This document shows positions 9,791 to 24,639 of a DNA stretch of 32,000 bases, piece by piece (within the stretch, counting starts at the first letter, position 1; each line of letters opens with the position of its first letter). Position numbers and translations under genes: made by a program. The stretch spans positions 1,410,001 to 1,442,000 of the forward strand of contig NZ_CP065936.1 of the NCBI RefSeq assembly GCF_003367075.2. Direction: 5' to 3'. Source of the stretch: Cylindrospermopsis raciborskii Cr2010 (GTDB taxonomy: Bacteria; Cyanobacteriota; Cyanobacteriia; Cyanobacteriales; Nostocaceae). The notes below the pieces were generated by a model, which had not been told where the DNA came from, did not search any database, and saw only the letters and a list, made by a program, of their open reading frames with translations.

Positions 9791-10019
9791 TGCTGCTCTC
9801 CTTTGCTACAACTACGTAATCTGATAATTGATACCTAAATAATTAGCCAGTTAACGGTTTTGTATCTGAAATGATAAAAAATTTAGGCTTACGACCTGAC
9901 ACTTAATATAACAGGTTATTCTGAATCTGGAAATTAGGTTTAACCGTACAAAAATTAGATCAGTTGTCCGAACAGGGTTGGTAAATGGCGAAGTCCCATA
10001 TCCAATCCCTGTCTTCCAC

Positions 10020-11018
10020 TTAACTAACAAGATATTCACTCATGCTAGTTTTACATCTACGCAGTCTTGTTAAGGCTTCTCTTTCAATTTGTCGCACCCT
10101 TTCTCGACTAATATTCAACACCTCTCCAATTCTGGCCAAGGTCATAGACTGACCGTCTACCAAACCAAAACGCAGTTTAATTACCTCCCTTTGCTGGGGA
10201 GTAAGATGGGTCATCATCCGATCTAATTCGGAAGATAGGGAAGATTGAATCACATAATCTTCCGGTGACGCACCCGGGTCTTCTAGCATTTCTCCCAGTT
10301 CAGTGTCGTAATTATCCCCTAAACGTAAGTCCAGGGATAAGGGTAGGCGAGCTTTTTCTAAACAGTCCCTCACTTGTTTAGGTGTTATTTCCAGCTCTTG
10401 AGCAAGTTCAGCTATACTGGGTGACCTTCCCAAGGTTTGTGATAAATACCTTTGGGCTTTTTTGATTTTGTTGAGTTTTTCAGTAATGTGTATGGGCAGT
10501 CTAATAGTCCTGGCTTTTTCTGCAATAGCACGAGTAATTGCCTGACGTATCCACCAATAAGCATAGGTGGAAAACCTATAGCCTTTACTGGGGTCAAACT
10601 TCTCCACGCCCCGCTGCATCCCTATACTACCCTCCTGAATTAAATCAAGTAGGTCTACATTACGCTTAATATATTTTTTGGCTACAGATACTACCAGACG
10701 TAAATTGGCTTCTACCATCTTACGTTTAGCAATTTCCCCCTGACCCAGCAACCGATTTAATTCTTGTGGATCTAACTGCGCTGCTTTTGCCCACTCTTCT
10801 AAACTTGGCTGACGGTTTAACTCTTGAGCTAGATTATCTTTTGTCTCATACAATGCTGTGGATTTTTGCACCTGTTTACCATAATAAATCTCCTGTTCAT
10901 GGGTTAAAAGTGGTACTTTGCCAATCTCCCGCAGGTAAGTCCGCACTATGTCCGTGGGTGTTTGAGCGGTTTTCATGGCGTTACTGTTTAATGATGCTAG
11001 GTTTGCTGGTAGTGTCAT
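10020..11018 (-). CDS. RNA polymerase sigma factor, RpoD/SigA family group 2
   Basis: Regions 1.2-4: [97 protein letters not shown]. No long region 1.1. Confidence 0.95.
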   Translation of the reverse strand: MTLPANLASLNSNAMKTAQTPTDIVRTYLREIGKVPLLTHEQEIYYGKQVQKSTALYETKDNLAQELNRQPSLEEWAKAAQLDPQELNRLLGQGEIAKRKMVEANLRLVVSVAKKYIKRNVDLLDLIQEGSIGMQRGVEKFDPSKGYRFSTYAYWWIRQAITRAIAEKARTIRLPIHITEKLNKIKKAQRYLSQTLGRSPSIAELAQELEITPKQVRDCLEKARLPLSLDLRLGDNYDTELGEMLEDPGASPEDYVIQSSLSSELDRMMTHLTPQQREVIKLRFGLVDGQSMTLARIGEVLNISRERVRQIEREALTRLRRCKTSMSEYLVS

Positions 11019-11592
11019 TAGCTAATGCCTTACTATTTTACAACTCGGGTAAACTGGGAAACCATCTCAAGTTTTGTAACTTATACACCCGATCAGGTCG
11101 GTTGTTGATATCAACTCGATAGAGGCTTTTTAACTGTTAGAGTTTATGGTGATTTATTGGTACTGAAAAGTACATATAAACTACATACAATGTTTTAAGT
11201 AATCCGTCAAATATTTTTACTTGATGTGATTATTACGAATTGTAACTTTTATGAGAAAAGTTGACTACCGGGAAACCCGAACTTTTTTGGTTTTATAGAG
11301 TACGGTTAATTTACCCAAAAGAGGACAAAGGCGAACTAGAACGCTTTCTCAATAATCATTTTTAGCTATTAACTCCCCTCCTGAGCGTTCCAGTTGGATT
11401 TACATTATAAATCGCCACATAATTGTTAATATCTCTCAATAATAACCATATTAATTTACCCATATTGATAAACGGTTACCAATATGGGTCATTTCTAAAT
11501 CCCAGTTATGCCCACCTCCACCTATAGGGGGGTGAGCCCCTGCAATTACGCCATTAACTCTCCTTGATGTGGAGACTTGGGAAGATAGGTTT

Positions 11593-14500
11593 TTAAAAAG
11601 AGTACTCCTGAATGGTTTTGACATCCAAGCTTATATTCTGTAAAGAGCGAATAGCAGCTACGGTTGCTTTTGCACCCGCTATGGTGGTAATTATAGGTAT
11701 CTTATACCCTAATGCTGTACGTCTAATCAATTGTCCATCAGTACGGGCTTCTTGTCCTGAAGGTGTGTTAATGATTAACTGAATTTGTCGGTTTTTAATG
11801 GCATCCAGCACATGGGGACGACCTTCATGCAGTTTAAGAATGGTCTCAATTTGTAGACCCTGTTCCCTTAGAAATTCACTGGTTCCCTGAGTAGCAATCA
11901 CCTTAAAGCCTAGCTGAATAAATTCTTTGATCACTTCCACTACTAAGCTCTTGTCTCGATCGCTCATAGATACAAACACAGTACCTTGGAGTGGTAATTT
12001 TTCCCCTGCACCCATTTCTGCTTTAGCAAATGCTCGCCCAAAATCAACGTCAATACCCATTACCTCACCGGTTGAACGCATTTCCGGTCCTAATAGGGTA
12101 TCTGTACCAGGGAATTTATTAAAGGGTAAAACAGCTTCCTTAACTGCTATATGTTGGGGAATAACTTCTTGGGTAAAGTTTAATTCTTCGAGTGTTTTAC
12201 CAGACATAATTAGGGATGCCAATCTAGCCAAGGGAACTCCTGTAGCTTTAGAGACAAATGGCACCGTACGAGAGGCACGGGGATTGGCTTCTAAAATGTA
12301 AACCTGGGGAGAATAGCTACTAGCACCCACAACGGCAAACTGAATGTTCATTAAGCCGACTACTGATAAGGCTTTTGCCAGTTCTACAGTCCAAGTTCTA
12401 ATTTGGTTCAAAACCGCAGGGGAAAGAGAAATGGAAGGGAGGGAACATGCCGAGTCTCCTGAGTGAATACCCGCCTGTTCAATGTGCTCCATAATGCCCC
12501 CAATCACTACTCTCCCTTGATGATCGGCGATCGCATCTACATCAACTTCAATGGCATTTTCCAGGAACTTATCAATGAGGATAGGATGTTCTGGCTCTAC
12601 TTGAACTGCAAAGCTCATATATCTTTCTAATTCTGAGTCAGAGTAAACTATTTCCATAGCTCTTCCTCCCAGAACGTAACTAGGACGAACTACCACTGGA
12701 TAGCCAATGCGCTTGGCTACAATTAATGCATCTTCATAACTTCTGGCTATACCATTAGCTGGTTGGGCGATTTTTAGTTTTTCCAAAATCTTTTCAAATC
12801 GCTCGCGATTTTCCGCCATATCAATAGAATCGGGAGATGTTCCCCAAATACGGGTAACTGTGGATGGGGATTTCTCCAAGTATTCTTGTAGGGGGACTGC
12901 TAACTTGAGAGGAGTTTGTCCACCGAACTGAACAATAATACCCACTGGATTTTCCGCTTCAATAATGTTGAGAACATCCTCCTTGGTCAGAGGTTCAAAA
13001 TATAGGCGATCGCTGGTATCATAATCTGTAGAAACCGTTTCTGGATTAGAATTAACCATAATGGTTTCATAGTTGGCGTATTTTAAGGCGTATGCTGCAT
13101 GACAACAACAATAATCAAATTCTATTCCCTGACCGATGCGGTTAGGTCCACCACCTAAGATCATTACCTTAGGCTTATCAGTGGGTAGAATTTCAGTTTC
13201 CTCCTCATAGGTGGAATAATAATAGGGTGTAAAAGCCTCAAACTCCGCTGCACAGGTATCCACAGTCTTATAAACTGGAATTACACCCAATTGTTTACGA
13301 TATGCTCTAACCTCATCCTCCTTAGTTTTGGTGCAGAAAGCAATTTGGCGATCGCTAAAACCATTGCGTTTAACCTCATACATCTGCACCTTTGTCAGTT
13401 GTTGTAGAGGTGTGCGTTTCAAGAACTTCTCAGTTTCCAGAATTTGGTGCAATTTATCCAAAAACCAGGGGTCAATAGCAGTCAATTCATAAATTTCCTC
13501 ATTGCTCAGACCCAACTGCATAGCGTGACGTAGGGCAAAAATCCTTTCAGGATTGGGGGTACGTAATTGAGCGCGAACCTGTTCTCCACTGGGTAGCTTT
13601 TCCGCTTTATCTGCTCCCCATCCAGCACGACCAGTTTCCAAAGAGCGTAAAGCCTTTTGGAAAGACTCATTAAAAGTTCTGCCAATAGCCATTGCTTCAC
13701 CCACAGACTTCATTTGAGTGGTTAATACCGGATCTGATCCAGGGAACTTCTCAAAAGCGAACCGGGGAATCTTAGTCACCACATAGTCAATAGTAGGTTC
13801 AAAAGAAGCGGGGGTTTTTTTGGTAATATCATTTTTAATCTCATCCAAAGTATAACCCACAGCCAATTTAGCGGCCATTTTAGCAATAGGAAATCCAGTA
13901 GCTTTAGAAGCTAAAGCGGAACTACGGGATACACGGGGGTTCATTTCAATCACCACCACATCCCCATTTACCGGATTGACAGCAAATTGAATATTAGAAC
14001 CCCCCGTTTCTACCCCTATTTCCCGGATAATCTTAATTGCCATATCCCGCAATCGTTGGTATTCCTTATCCGTTAGGGTTTGAGCTGGAGCTACAGTAAT
14101 AGAATCCCCAGTATGTATCCCCATAGGATCTAAATTCTCAATAGAACAGATAATTACCACATTATCTGCTAGGTCTCGCATTACTTCCAACTCATATTCT
14201 TTCCAACCCAGTAAAGACTGGTCAATTAAAATTTGTGACACAGGACTAGCATCAATACCCACCTGGGCCATCAATTCAAATTCTTCCTTATTGTAGGCAA
14301 TACCCCCACCAGTACCCCCCATGGTAAAAGCTGGACGAATAATTAAGGGGTAAGATCCTATTCTCTGTGCGATCGCCTTTGATTCTTCCAAACTGGATGC
14401 TGTACCACTGGGACAAACATTCACGCCAATTTTCTCCATGGCGTCATTAAACAATTTTCGGTCCTCAGCTTTTTCAATTGCTGGTAATTTGGCACCAATC

Positions 14501-14844
14501 AGTTCAACATTATACTCTTCTAAAACGCCATTCTTAGCCAAAGCTACGGCAATGTTTAAAGCAGTTTGTCCACCCATGGTAGGGAGCAGAGCATCAGGAC
14601 GTTCTTTAGCTATAACCTTAGCTACCATTTCCGGTGTTAAAGGTTCAATATAGGTGCGGTCTGCTGTTTCTGGATCGGTCATAATAGTAGCAGGGTTAGA
14701 ATTAACTAGTACTACTTCAAAACCCTCTTCCCGTAAAGCTTTACATGCTTGAGTACCTGAGTAATCAAACTCACAAGCCTGACCAATCACGATTGGACCA
14801 GAACCTAACAGAAGTATTTTGTGGATATCTTGACGACGGGGCAT
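11593..14844 (-). CDS. carB: Carbamoyl-phosphate synthase large subunit
   Basis: [37 protein letters not shown], duplicated ATP-grasp halves, C-terminal MGS-like domain, 1083 aa. Confidence 0.98.
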   Translation of the reverse strand: MPRRQDIHKILLLGSGPIVIGQACEFDYSGTQACKALREEGFEVVLVNSNPATIMTDPETADRTYIEPLTPEMVAKVIAKERPDALLPTMGGQTALNIAVALAKNGVLEEYNVELIGAKLPAIEKAEDRKLFNDAMEKIGVNVCPSGTASSLEESKAIAQRIGSYPLIIRPAFTMGGTGGGIAYNKEEFELMAQVGIDASPVSQILIDQSLLGWKEYELEVMRDLADNVVIICSIENLDPMGIHTGDSITVAPAQTLTDKEYQRLRDMAIKIIREIGVETGGSNIQFAVNPVNGDVVVIEMNPRVSRSSALASKATGFPIAKMAAKLAVGYTLDEIKNDITKKTPASFEPTIDYVVTKIPRFAFEKFPGSDPVLTTQMKSVGEAMAIGRTFNESFQKALRSLETGRAGWGADKAEKLPSGEQVRAQLRTPNPERIFALRHAMQLGLSNEEIYELTAIDPWFLDKLHQILETEKFLKRTPLQQLTKVQMYEVKRNGFSDRQIAFCTKTKEDEVRAYRKQLGVIPVYKTVDTCAAEFEAFTPYYYSTYEEETEILPTDKPKVMILGGGPNRIGQGIEFDYCCCHAAYALKYANYETIMVNSNPETVSTDYDTSDRLYFEPLTKEDVLNIIEAENPVGIIVQFGGQTPLKLAVPLQEYLEKSPSTVTRIWGTSPDSIDMAENRERFEKILEKLKIAQPANGIARSYEDALIVAKRIGYPVVVRPSYVLGGRAMEIVYSDSELERYMSFAVQVEPEHPILIDKFLENAIEVDVDAIADHQGRVVIGGIMEHIEQAGIHSGDSACSLPSISLSPAVLNQIRTWTVELAKALSVVGLMNIQFAVVGASSYSPQVYILEANPRASRTVPFVSKATGVPLARLASLIMSGKTLEELNFTQEVIPQHIAVKEAVLPFNKFPGTDTLLGPEMRSTGEVMGIDVDFGRAFAKAEMGAGEKLPLQGTVFVSMSDRDKSLVVEVIKEFIQLGFKVIATQGTSEFLREQGLQIETILKLHEGRPHVLDAIKNRQIQLIINTPSGQEARTDGQLIRRTALGYKIPIITTIAGAKATVAAIRSLQNISLDVKTIQEYSF

Positions 14845-14907
14845 AGTTTTTACTTTAGATCGGGAAAATACAAATCTTGACTATTATGAACTAACTGTTA
14901 ACAAAAT

Positions 14908-14949
14908 ATATGGAAAATACATAACATAATATGGAAAATACATAACACA
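14908..14949. repeat. 21-nt tandem duplication atatggaaaatacataacata/aca upstream of carB
   Basis: Direct reading: two adjacent 21-mers matching at 20 of 21 positions. Confidence 0.85.
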
Positions 14950-15055
14950 TAGGAAGTTAGAATTTCCTCGTGTTAGGTGTGCGATACACAGAAAGTTGAA
15001 ATCAGGCAAGTTTCAGCGTGTGATTTTGAAGTGTATTAAATTCTATTAAATTTTA

Positions 15056-16165
15056 TTAAGGTTTAAGCACAAAGTTAACTGTTGTTCTTACCCCTCTTCT
15101 ACCCCCCTCCAAAGGTCTTAACTTCCATTCTTCTACCCCCTCCCTAGCAGCTTCATCCAGCTCATTATCACCACTGGGACGATCCACAATTACAGAAGTA
15201 ATATTACCATTACTATCTGCGTCCAGAATTAAATGAACAGTAGTTTTTGTGCCACTTCTACCCCGCCTTTTAGCTCCCTCCGGATATTTGAGGGGTGGAC
15301 ATCGGATACAATCCACACGACTTAGAATGGCACCGCTGTTGGGACTCGCTTTAGGGGTTGGTGTCTCCTCTATCTTTCTTGTATTCTCCACCCCATCACC
15401 ATTTCCAATACCATCACCATTCCCAACCCCATTACCATTCCCAACCCCATTACCATTTCCAACCCCATCACCATTTCCAACCCCATTACCATTTCCAACC
15501 CCATTACCTAGTGGTGTTTGGGGAATATTATTTGCATCAGTTCCACCGATGGGTGTATTGTGAGCGTTTCCATCGCTGACGGTTGTTGGCTGTGCGATCG
15601 GTAACTTAGTGTTAGTGATACTTGTTACTACAGGTTGTGTAGTTTCTGTTTGTATAACTTTGGGTATTGGTAGTTGAGGATTTGGTTTGATCTGATCTCT
15701 CACTTTAGTAGTAGGAGCAATTTTTGACCCTACTCTTCTTGTTGTGACCCGAGGAATAGTTGAACTCAGTGGATATTTGACAACAGAATCCCCCGTATTT
15801 AAATTCTTAGGTTCAGGAATAGGATTATCCATCCTAGGAAAAGTGGCCCTGGGCATGAGAACCTTAAAGTTTTTATTACCAGTGATCTTTCCACTACTTA
15901 GACTACCAGATTTGCTCTCAGTTGGTGAGATTTTCATTTCTGGTGGTTTGGTCACTGTTTCCTTTATAGGTTCAGGTTCCTCAATAATTTCCAGTTCAAC
16001 TACTTGTGGATTCTCTTGTTTAAATTTCCGTAATAATTCCCCAAAAACTAATCCTATCAAACCAATATGTATTACGAAAGAGGCCATGACACTGTACATC
16101 AAAAAAGATTTTAGTGACCTGGCTTCTTTTTCTCGCTGTTTGAGAACTATCCTTGAAGATGCCAT
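15056..16165 (-). CDS. TonB-family energy transducer-like protein
   Basis: N-terminal TM VMASFVIHIGLIGLVFG, proline-rich linker, Gly/Asn/Asp repeat, C-terminal TonB-like CPPLKYPEGAKRRGRSGTKTTVHLILDADGN...VEEWKLRPLEGG. Confidence 0.85.
   Translation of the reverse strand: MASSRIVLKQREKEARSLKSFLMYSVMASFVIHIGLIGLVFGELLRKFKQENPQVVELEIIEEPEPIKETVTKPPEMKISPTESKSGSLSSGKITGNKNFKVLMPRATFPRMDNPIPEPKNLNTGDSVVKYPLSSTIPRVTTRRVGSKIAPTTKVRDQIKPNPQLPIPKVIQTETTQPVVTSITNTKLPIAQPTTVSDGNAHNTPIGGTDANNIPQTPLGNGVGNGNGVGNGDGVGNGNGVGNGNGVGNGDGIGNGDGVENTRKIEETPTPKASPNSGAILSRVDCIRCPPLKYPEGAKRRGRSGTKTTVHLILDADSNGNITSVIVDRPSGDNELDEAAREGVEEWKLRPLEGGRRGVRTTVNFVLKP
15391..15508 (-). repeat. In-frame 18-nt minisatellite encoding G(N/D)G(V/I/N)GN-type hexapeptides
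   Basis: Repeats of (aaccccattaccatttcc)-like units; protein GNGNGVGNGDGVGNGNGVGNGNGVGNGDGIGNGDGV. Confidence 0.9.
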
Positions 16166-16312
16166 ACTTAAATATTAAACTTCCTAGCTCTGAAGAGACA
16201 GAGATTTGTTGAATAGTTCATAAATGTGATCTCCTAGGCTGACACAAGTGCCAATAGGAGATGTTTGAGCGAAGAATACCGTTAATGGTAATTTAGTTTA
16301 CTAGCAATAAAC

Positions 16313-16651
16313 TTACTTCTTCCAGCCTTTATCCGCTTGTTCTAGTACATAGGCTGCCACATTCTCAATTTGAGCAGATTTTAGTCTCTTACCGAATGCT
16401 GGCATAGCACCTTTACCCTTTGTAACCTGAGAAACAATGGCTTCCTGGGAGTACATGCCATACTTTTCTAAAGCCTCTTTTTTGAGTGTCTTAGCTGCAT
16501 TGACTAAGTTTTTACCACCAAGATGACATTGGGCACAATTAGCTTTAAATACACTTGCTCCAGCTGCTGCATCCACTGCTAAAGCTGAATTGCTGAAGGC
16601 AAGTGTGAAAATTGCAATACCCAGTAGTAATACGGAAATAATTCTCTTCAT
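16313..16651 (-). CDS. petJ: Cytochrome c6, precursor with signal peptide
   Basis: Signal peptide followed by [22 protein letters not shown] (CxxCH), [25 protein letters not shown]. Confidence 0.93.
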   Translation of the reverse strand: MKRIISVLLLGIAIFTLAFSNSALAVDAAAGASVFKANCAQCHLGGKNLVNAAKTLKKEALEKYGMYSQEAIVSQVTKGKGAMPAFGKRLKSAQIENVAAYVLEQADKGWKK

Positions 16652-16765
16652 GTGTTTTCTCTTTACAGCAAACTTGGATTTCGGAGTTAATGGAAATTTC
16701 CTCGTTTATTTTATTGGTCCTGTTTTCCATTAGTCAAACGACAGATGGTCAAACTTAGGCTGTCC

Positions 16766-16963
16766 TCAGGATGTATAAGTGAGTTTATGAGTGGCATCTC
16801 TCCGGATGCTTGACACGTTAGCTTGAGTTTTAGCCAGTTCAAAAATAGCCTTAGCGCGATTCTTAGAACCAAAGTTGTAATTATGTCTAGTTACTCCGCA
16901 ATGTTGACGGAATAGAGTCTCCTGTTTGTTATTGGGTTTTAATTCCCAACATACCCATGACAA
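16766..16963 (-). pseudogene. tnpB: Internally deleted remnant of TnpB/OrfB (IS200/IS605-type) transposon protein
   Basis: WELKPNNKQETLFRQHCGVTRHNYNFG matches the typical TnpB N-terminal HTH. It is followed directly by SKNRAKAIFELAKTQANVSSIRRDATHKLT, which matches the central 'GSKNR.KA....AK.H..VANIR.D.LHKLT' segment. Confidence 0.75.
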
Positions 16964-16967
16964 AACT

Positions 16968-16986
16968 AGTCGGTTGAAAACCGACT
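16968..16986 (-). other. Perfect 8-bp-stem hairpin agtcggtt-gaa-aaccgact next to the tnpB relic (candidate IS end hairpin)
   Basis: Directly visible palindrome just upstream of the relic start codon. Confidence 0.6.
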
Positions 16987-17055
16987 TGAGCTTTGATCCA
17001 GGACTATCCTAAGACATGGGTAACTGCTTGAGCTATATAATGAGATAGTCCCCGA

Positions 17056-17358
17056 TTACCAACTAGACTTGACAACTCCAGGTAATAAACCTTGGTGTGC
17101 CCATTCTCGAAGAACGTTGCGAGATAGTCCAAAGTCCCGATAAACACCTCTAGGACGACCAGTCAACCAACAACGGTTTTGACGACGGGTAGGTGCGCTG
17201 TTGCGTGGTAGTTGTTGAATTTTTCGGTGCACCTCTAGTTTTTCCAGAGGTGATTCTGTAGTTCTAAACTCTTCCAACAGTGCTTCTCGTTTGGCAGCAT
17301 ACTTTGCTGCTAACCCAGCGCGTTTTTTTTCGCGCTCAATCATGCTCTTTTTAGCCAT
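17056..17358 (-). CDS. rpsN: 30S ribosomal protein S14
   Basis: [27 protein letters not shown]...[49 protein letters not shown]. Confidence 0.98.
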   Translation of the reverse strand: MAKKSMIEREKKRAGLAAKYAAKREALLEEFRTTESPLEKLEVHRKIQQLPRNSAPTRRQNRCWLTGRPRGVYRDFGLSRNVLREWAHQGLLPGVVKSSW

Positions 17359-17507
17359 AAAAATCCAATTTATTAAAAGGCCGCATTCCCTATATTACAT
17401 CCTACATCTACAGAAAGTCTCTATCAAGTCAAATAAAATTCAAATTTATCAAAATTTGTGGTCTAAAAACATCGTCTTTGATGACTTCTAATTCTTTAGC
17501 TATTCTA

Positions 17508-17579
17508 AGCCCGTGACGAGGATTGAACTCGTGACCTCACCCTTACCAAGGGTGTGCTCTACCACTGAGCCACACGGGC
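17508..17579 (-). tRNA. tRNA-Thr (anticodon GGT)
   Basis: Reverse complement gcccgtgtggctcagtggtagagcacacccttggtaagggtgaggtcacgagttcaatcctcgtcacgggct; anticodon loop ttGGTaa; 7-bp acceptor gcccgtg/cacgggc. Confidence 0.95.
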
Positions 17580-17610
17580 AAACCATAGTATGCTTTTACG
17601 TTTAATTAAG

Positions 17611-17696
17611 TGGTGGGCCGGGCTAGATTCGAACTAGCGTAGGCGCAAGCCAGCGGATTTACAGTCCGCCTCCATTAACCGCTCGGACACCGACCC
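17611..17696 (-). tRNA. tRNA-Tyr (anticodon GTA), with encoded CCA
   Basis: Reverse complement gggtcggtgtccgagcggttaatggaggcggactgtaaatccgctggcttgcgcctacgctagttcgaatctagcccggcccacca; long variable arm; anticodon loop ctGTAaa. Confidence 0.95.
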
Positions 17697-17867
17697 TTTC
17701 TGTTCCACTTTTACTAAGTTAGCAGCACTTTTTGATTTTGGCAAGGGGTTAGGAAAAATTTTTTCTGGCATAGTGAAATAGCTGAGCCATAGTTGACCTC
17801 TCCCCGCTCTAATTGGTATATTAGCCGTTCAGTCCACAATTTTGCCAATTCAACCACAATTGAAAAC

Positions 17868-18134
17868 ATGTCTATAGAAAATAATCCAGCTTCTGTGACC
17901 AAACAAGCCCTGGCTGCTCTTGCAAGTGCTATAGAGGCTCAAGGGCACAAGCGCGAGTATGCTGAGGCTATGGCAGCATCGATAATTTTTCAGGCTGATC
18001 TGGACCTGCGGAATGCTCAACTTGCTAATCTTTTAGGATGGCTCAAACAAGAGCATGAGGAAATTTATGAATCCGCCTTGAGTGTAGTTGAAAGCACTCG
18101 CCAGGAGTTTGAAAACCGAGTATCTAGAGGTTAA
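17868..18134 (+). CDS. Small conserved-looking hypothetical protein (start at internal ATG preferred over 17793)
   Basis: MSIENNPASVTKQALAALASAIEAQGHKREYAEAMAASIIFQADLDLRNAQLANLLGWLKQEHEEIYESALSVVESTRQEFENRVSRG; the upstream part of the track ORF lies in apparent noncoding DNA. Confidence 0.6.
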   Translation: MSIENNPASVTKQALAALASAIEAQGHKREYAEAMAASIIFQADLDLRNAQLANLLGWLKQEHEEIYESALSVVESTRQEFENRVSRG

Positions 18135-18178
18135 GTTCCTGATAATTTTATTCCACTGGCTCCACAGGTGATTTCCAT

Positions 18179-18282
18179 ATTATTTGTAGGATGGGTTGGC
18201 GATGGTATAACCGATGGGGGTGTTGGGTTTCATAGTTCAACCTAACCTACGTTCATCTTATATTTAATTCCACCCACCTACT
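18179..18282 (+). repeat. About 100-bp dispersed MITE-like repeat, copy 3
   Basis: Near-identical to 6308-6409, especially gatgggggtgttgggtttcata.ttcaacc.aacctacgttcatcttatatttaattcca.ccacctact. Confidence 0.85.
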
Positions 18283-18284
18283 TA

Positions 18285-19586
18285 CTAAGGATTTTTAGCT
18301 ATTTCCTTACCCAAAATATCTAATGCCTTAGCAAATTGGGGATCTTCTAGGGTTGCCAGCTTTTCCCGTTCCTTCACCCACAAATTTTGTCTTTGGGCAT
18401 CGGTTAAATCTACAACTACATCGGGATCAATACCATGCTTATTAATATCTCTACCAGCGGGTGTATGGTACTTAGCAATAGTAACTGCTAGTCCCGATCC
18501 ATCCCGTAAAGGACGGACTGATTGAACTAAACCTTTGCCGAAGGTTTGTGTACCCACCACCATTGCCCGTCTATTGTCTTGTAGGGCCCCAGAAAGAATT
18601 TCACTAGCACTAGCGGATCCTTTATCTACCAATACAACTAAAGGTTTACTAGTTAAAGCGCGATCTCTGGCGGATTCTCGTTGCTTTTCCCCTTGGCGGT
18701 CAATAGTAGATACAATGGTTCCCTTATCTAACCACATGCGAGCAATATCTATACTTGTATATAGAAGTCCACCCGGATTACCTCGTAAGTCTAATATATA
18801 GCCATCAACCCGATTAGCTTCTAAATTTTCAATAGCACCTCTCATTTCCTTGCTAGCATTGGCACTAAATTGATTAAGGCGAATATAACCAATATTACCT
18901 GCAGGGGTTTGTTTTTGAGAAAATTTAACTGGGTGAATTTCAATTCTGGCCCTAGTAATATCAAATGTTTTAGTCTTTCCATTTCGGGAGATTTTCAATT
19001 TGACCTGAGTTCCCGGTTCGCCCCGAATTAGAGAGACGGCCCGATTGGTATCCATACCTTGAGTGGTTTTACCATTAATTTCTAAAATTACATCTCTGGC
19101 CAAGATGCCCACCTTAAATGCTGGTGTATCTTCAATAGGAGCAATCACAACTAGTTGTTTAGTTTTTTCGTCTTGACTTATAGTTATGCCAATACCCGTT
19201 AGCTCACCGGATGTATCAACTTGCATATTTTTAAATTCATCCGGATCCATAAATCGAGTGTAGGGGTCTCCTAACTTTTTGAGCATTTCGCGAATTGACT
19301 TATAGGCTATTTGTTTATTACCATAGGACTTGCCTAAGTACTCTTGACGAACAGCTTGCCAATTGACCTGATTAAAACTACCGTCAACATATTGGCGGTT
19401 TACAATTTGCCAAACCTCATCTATCAGTTCCTTGGGACTGGACTGAAACAAGGCCTGACCACGGCAGTGAATACCAAGACCACCGACCACAATTGTAGAA
19501 ACAGCCACAGCTGTAGCACTTAGAACAAGTCTACTTTTTGTAATTACCATAATGACAGTTATGCCAGGAGAAAAGTTGATTGTCAC
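18285..19586 (-). CDS. Carboxyl-terminal processing protease (S41 family, PDZ-containing); start codon uncertain
   Basis: PDZ-like ELTGIGITISQDE...GDVILEINGKTTQGM-type region, YILDLRGNPGGL, KGSASASEILSGALQDNRRAMVVGTQTFGKGLVQ. Confidence 0.93.
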   Translation of the reverse strand: MTINFSPGITVIMVITKSRLVLSATAVAVSTIVVGGLGIHCRGQALFQSSPKELIDEVWQIVNRQYVDGSFNQVNWQAVRQEYLGKSYGNKQIAYKSIREMLKKLGDPYTRFMDPDEFKNMQVDTSGELTGIGITISQDEKTKQLVVIAPIEDTPAFKVGILARDVILEINGKTTQGMDTNRAVSLIRGEPGTQVKLKISRNGKTKTFDITRARIEIHPVKFSQKQTPAGNIGYIRLNQFSANASKEMRGAIENLEANRVDGYILDLRGNPGGLLYTSIDIARMWLDKGTIVSTIDRQGEKQRESARDRALTSKPLVVLVDKGSASASEILSGALQDNRRAMVVGTQTFGKGLVQSVRPLRDGSGLAVTIAKYHTPAGRDINKHGIDPDVVVDLTDAQRQNLWVKEREKLATLEDPQFAKALDILGKEIAKNP

Positions 19587-19824
19587 ATGACTAACATAAC
19601 ACAGGATTGAGTTGACGCTCTACCGTACTGGAACGGGGGAGAATTGGCAGGCTATCGAAAGATTCCCAAACGGTTTTTAGTTATTATCCCTTTATATAGC
19701 GTTTTGTCCAAGTAGATATTAATTTGTGTTGATTCACTTTGCTATTGTTTTTTGGGGAAGATTTAGGCTGAAATTATTGTCATAACTGGGTTAGAGACTT
19801 TTTTAAAAAATCTCAAAAAACTAC

Positions 19825-19853
19825 TTGACATTCCCAAAGATAGTTGTTAGATT
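19825..19853 (+). promoter_or_regulatory. Candidate rrn operon promoter: TTGACA-N17-TAGATT
   Basis: Perfect -35 consensus and 17-nt spacing, about 170 bp upstream of the 16S start. Confidence 0.6.
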
Positions 19854-20020
19854 ATTTGGAGTGAGGCAAACAAGCCCCGCAACCGAACCGAGACAAAATA
19901 ATACTTTGAAAGAATAAAGACAACCATTCCTCGTCTAAGAAATTCAAGCTAACGAATTCTGGCGATGCAAAAGGATTCGTTAGTCAAATCATAATAGTAG
20001 AGCTAAAAGCAAACTTAACA

Positions 20021-21508
<1,488 letters not shown>

Positions 21509-21740
21509 AGGGAGACCTACCCATTGAAGAATCGAAAGCCGAAGGCGAATAGAGAATCAAATGGTCTACTCTAGGTCGGTCGAGAATTGGTCAAGTCTCT
21601 TTCAAAGTATTATATTTCCGGTGATTCCCAGCAACTAGGAAAGACCTAGACTGCTGGTGAGAACCAGCCAGAACCTTGAAAACTGCATATAGATAGATAA
21701 GAGAGCCGAAATCGAAAGATAGAAGCAAGTGAAGAACCAA
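21509..21740 (+). other. 16S-23S internal transcribed spacer lacking tRNA genes; contains boxA-like gaaccttgaaaactgcata
   Basis: No tRNA-Ile or tRNA-Ala sequence in the ~230 nt; gaccta...taggtc pairing and a boxA-like element are present. Confidence 0.8.
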
Positions 21741-24563
<2,823 letters not shown>

Positions 24564-24639
24564 AAAAGGTAATTCATTCTTATCGAAATATATGCAGTCT
24601 TCAGGGTTTTGAAGTGGAAACTTTGAAATCGACAGGTTT

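Noticed and set aside
9851-10039. 62-aa minus-strand ORF between the DUF760-like and sigma factor genes
   Set aside because: No recognisable motif; it overlaps the end of the sigma factor gene and looks like chance in an AT-rich intergenic region.
11300-11592. Possible degraded gene downstream of carB (e.g. cccacctccacctatagggggg region)
   Set aside because: No frame gives a convincing protein match and stops are frequent; evidence is insufficient to call a pseudogene.
11927-14653. ORFs opposite carB (11927-12301 +, 13506-13700 -, 14438-14653 +)
   Set aside because: They overlap the complete 1083-aa carB and have low-complexity or biased composition typical of antisense ORFs.
15249-15579. 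Plus-strand ORFs rich in PFPTPLPFPTP or HYHSQPHYH opposite the TonB-like gene
   Set aside because: They are antisense translations of the in-frame minisatellite of the real minus-strand gene.
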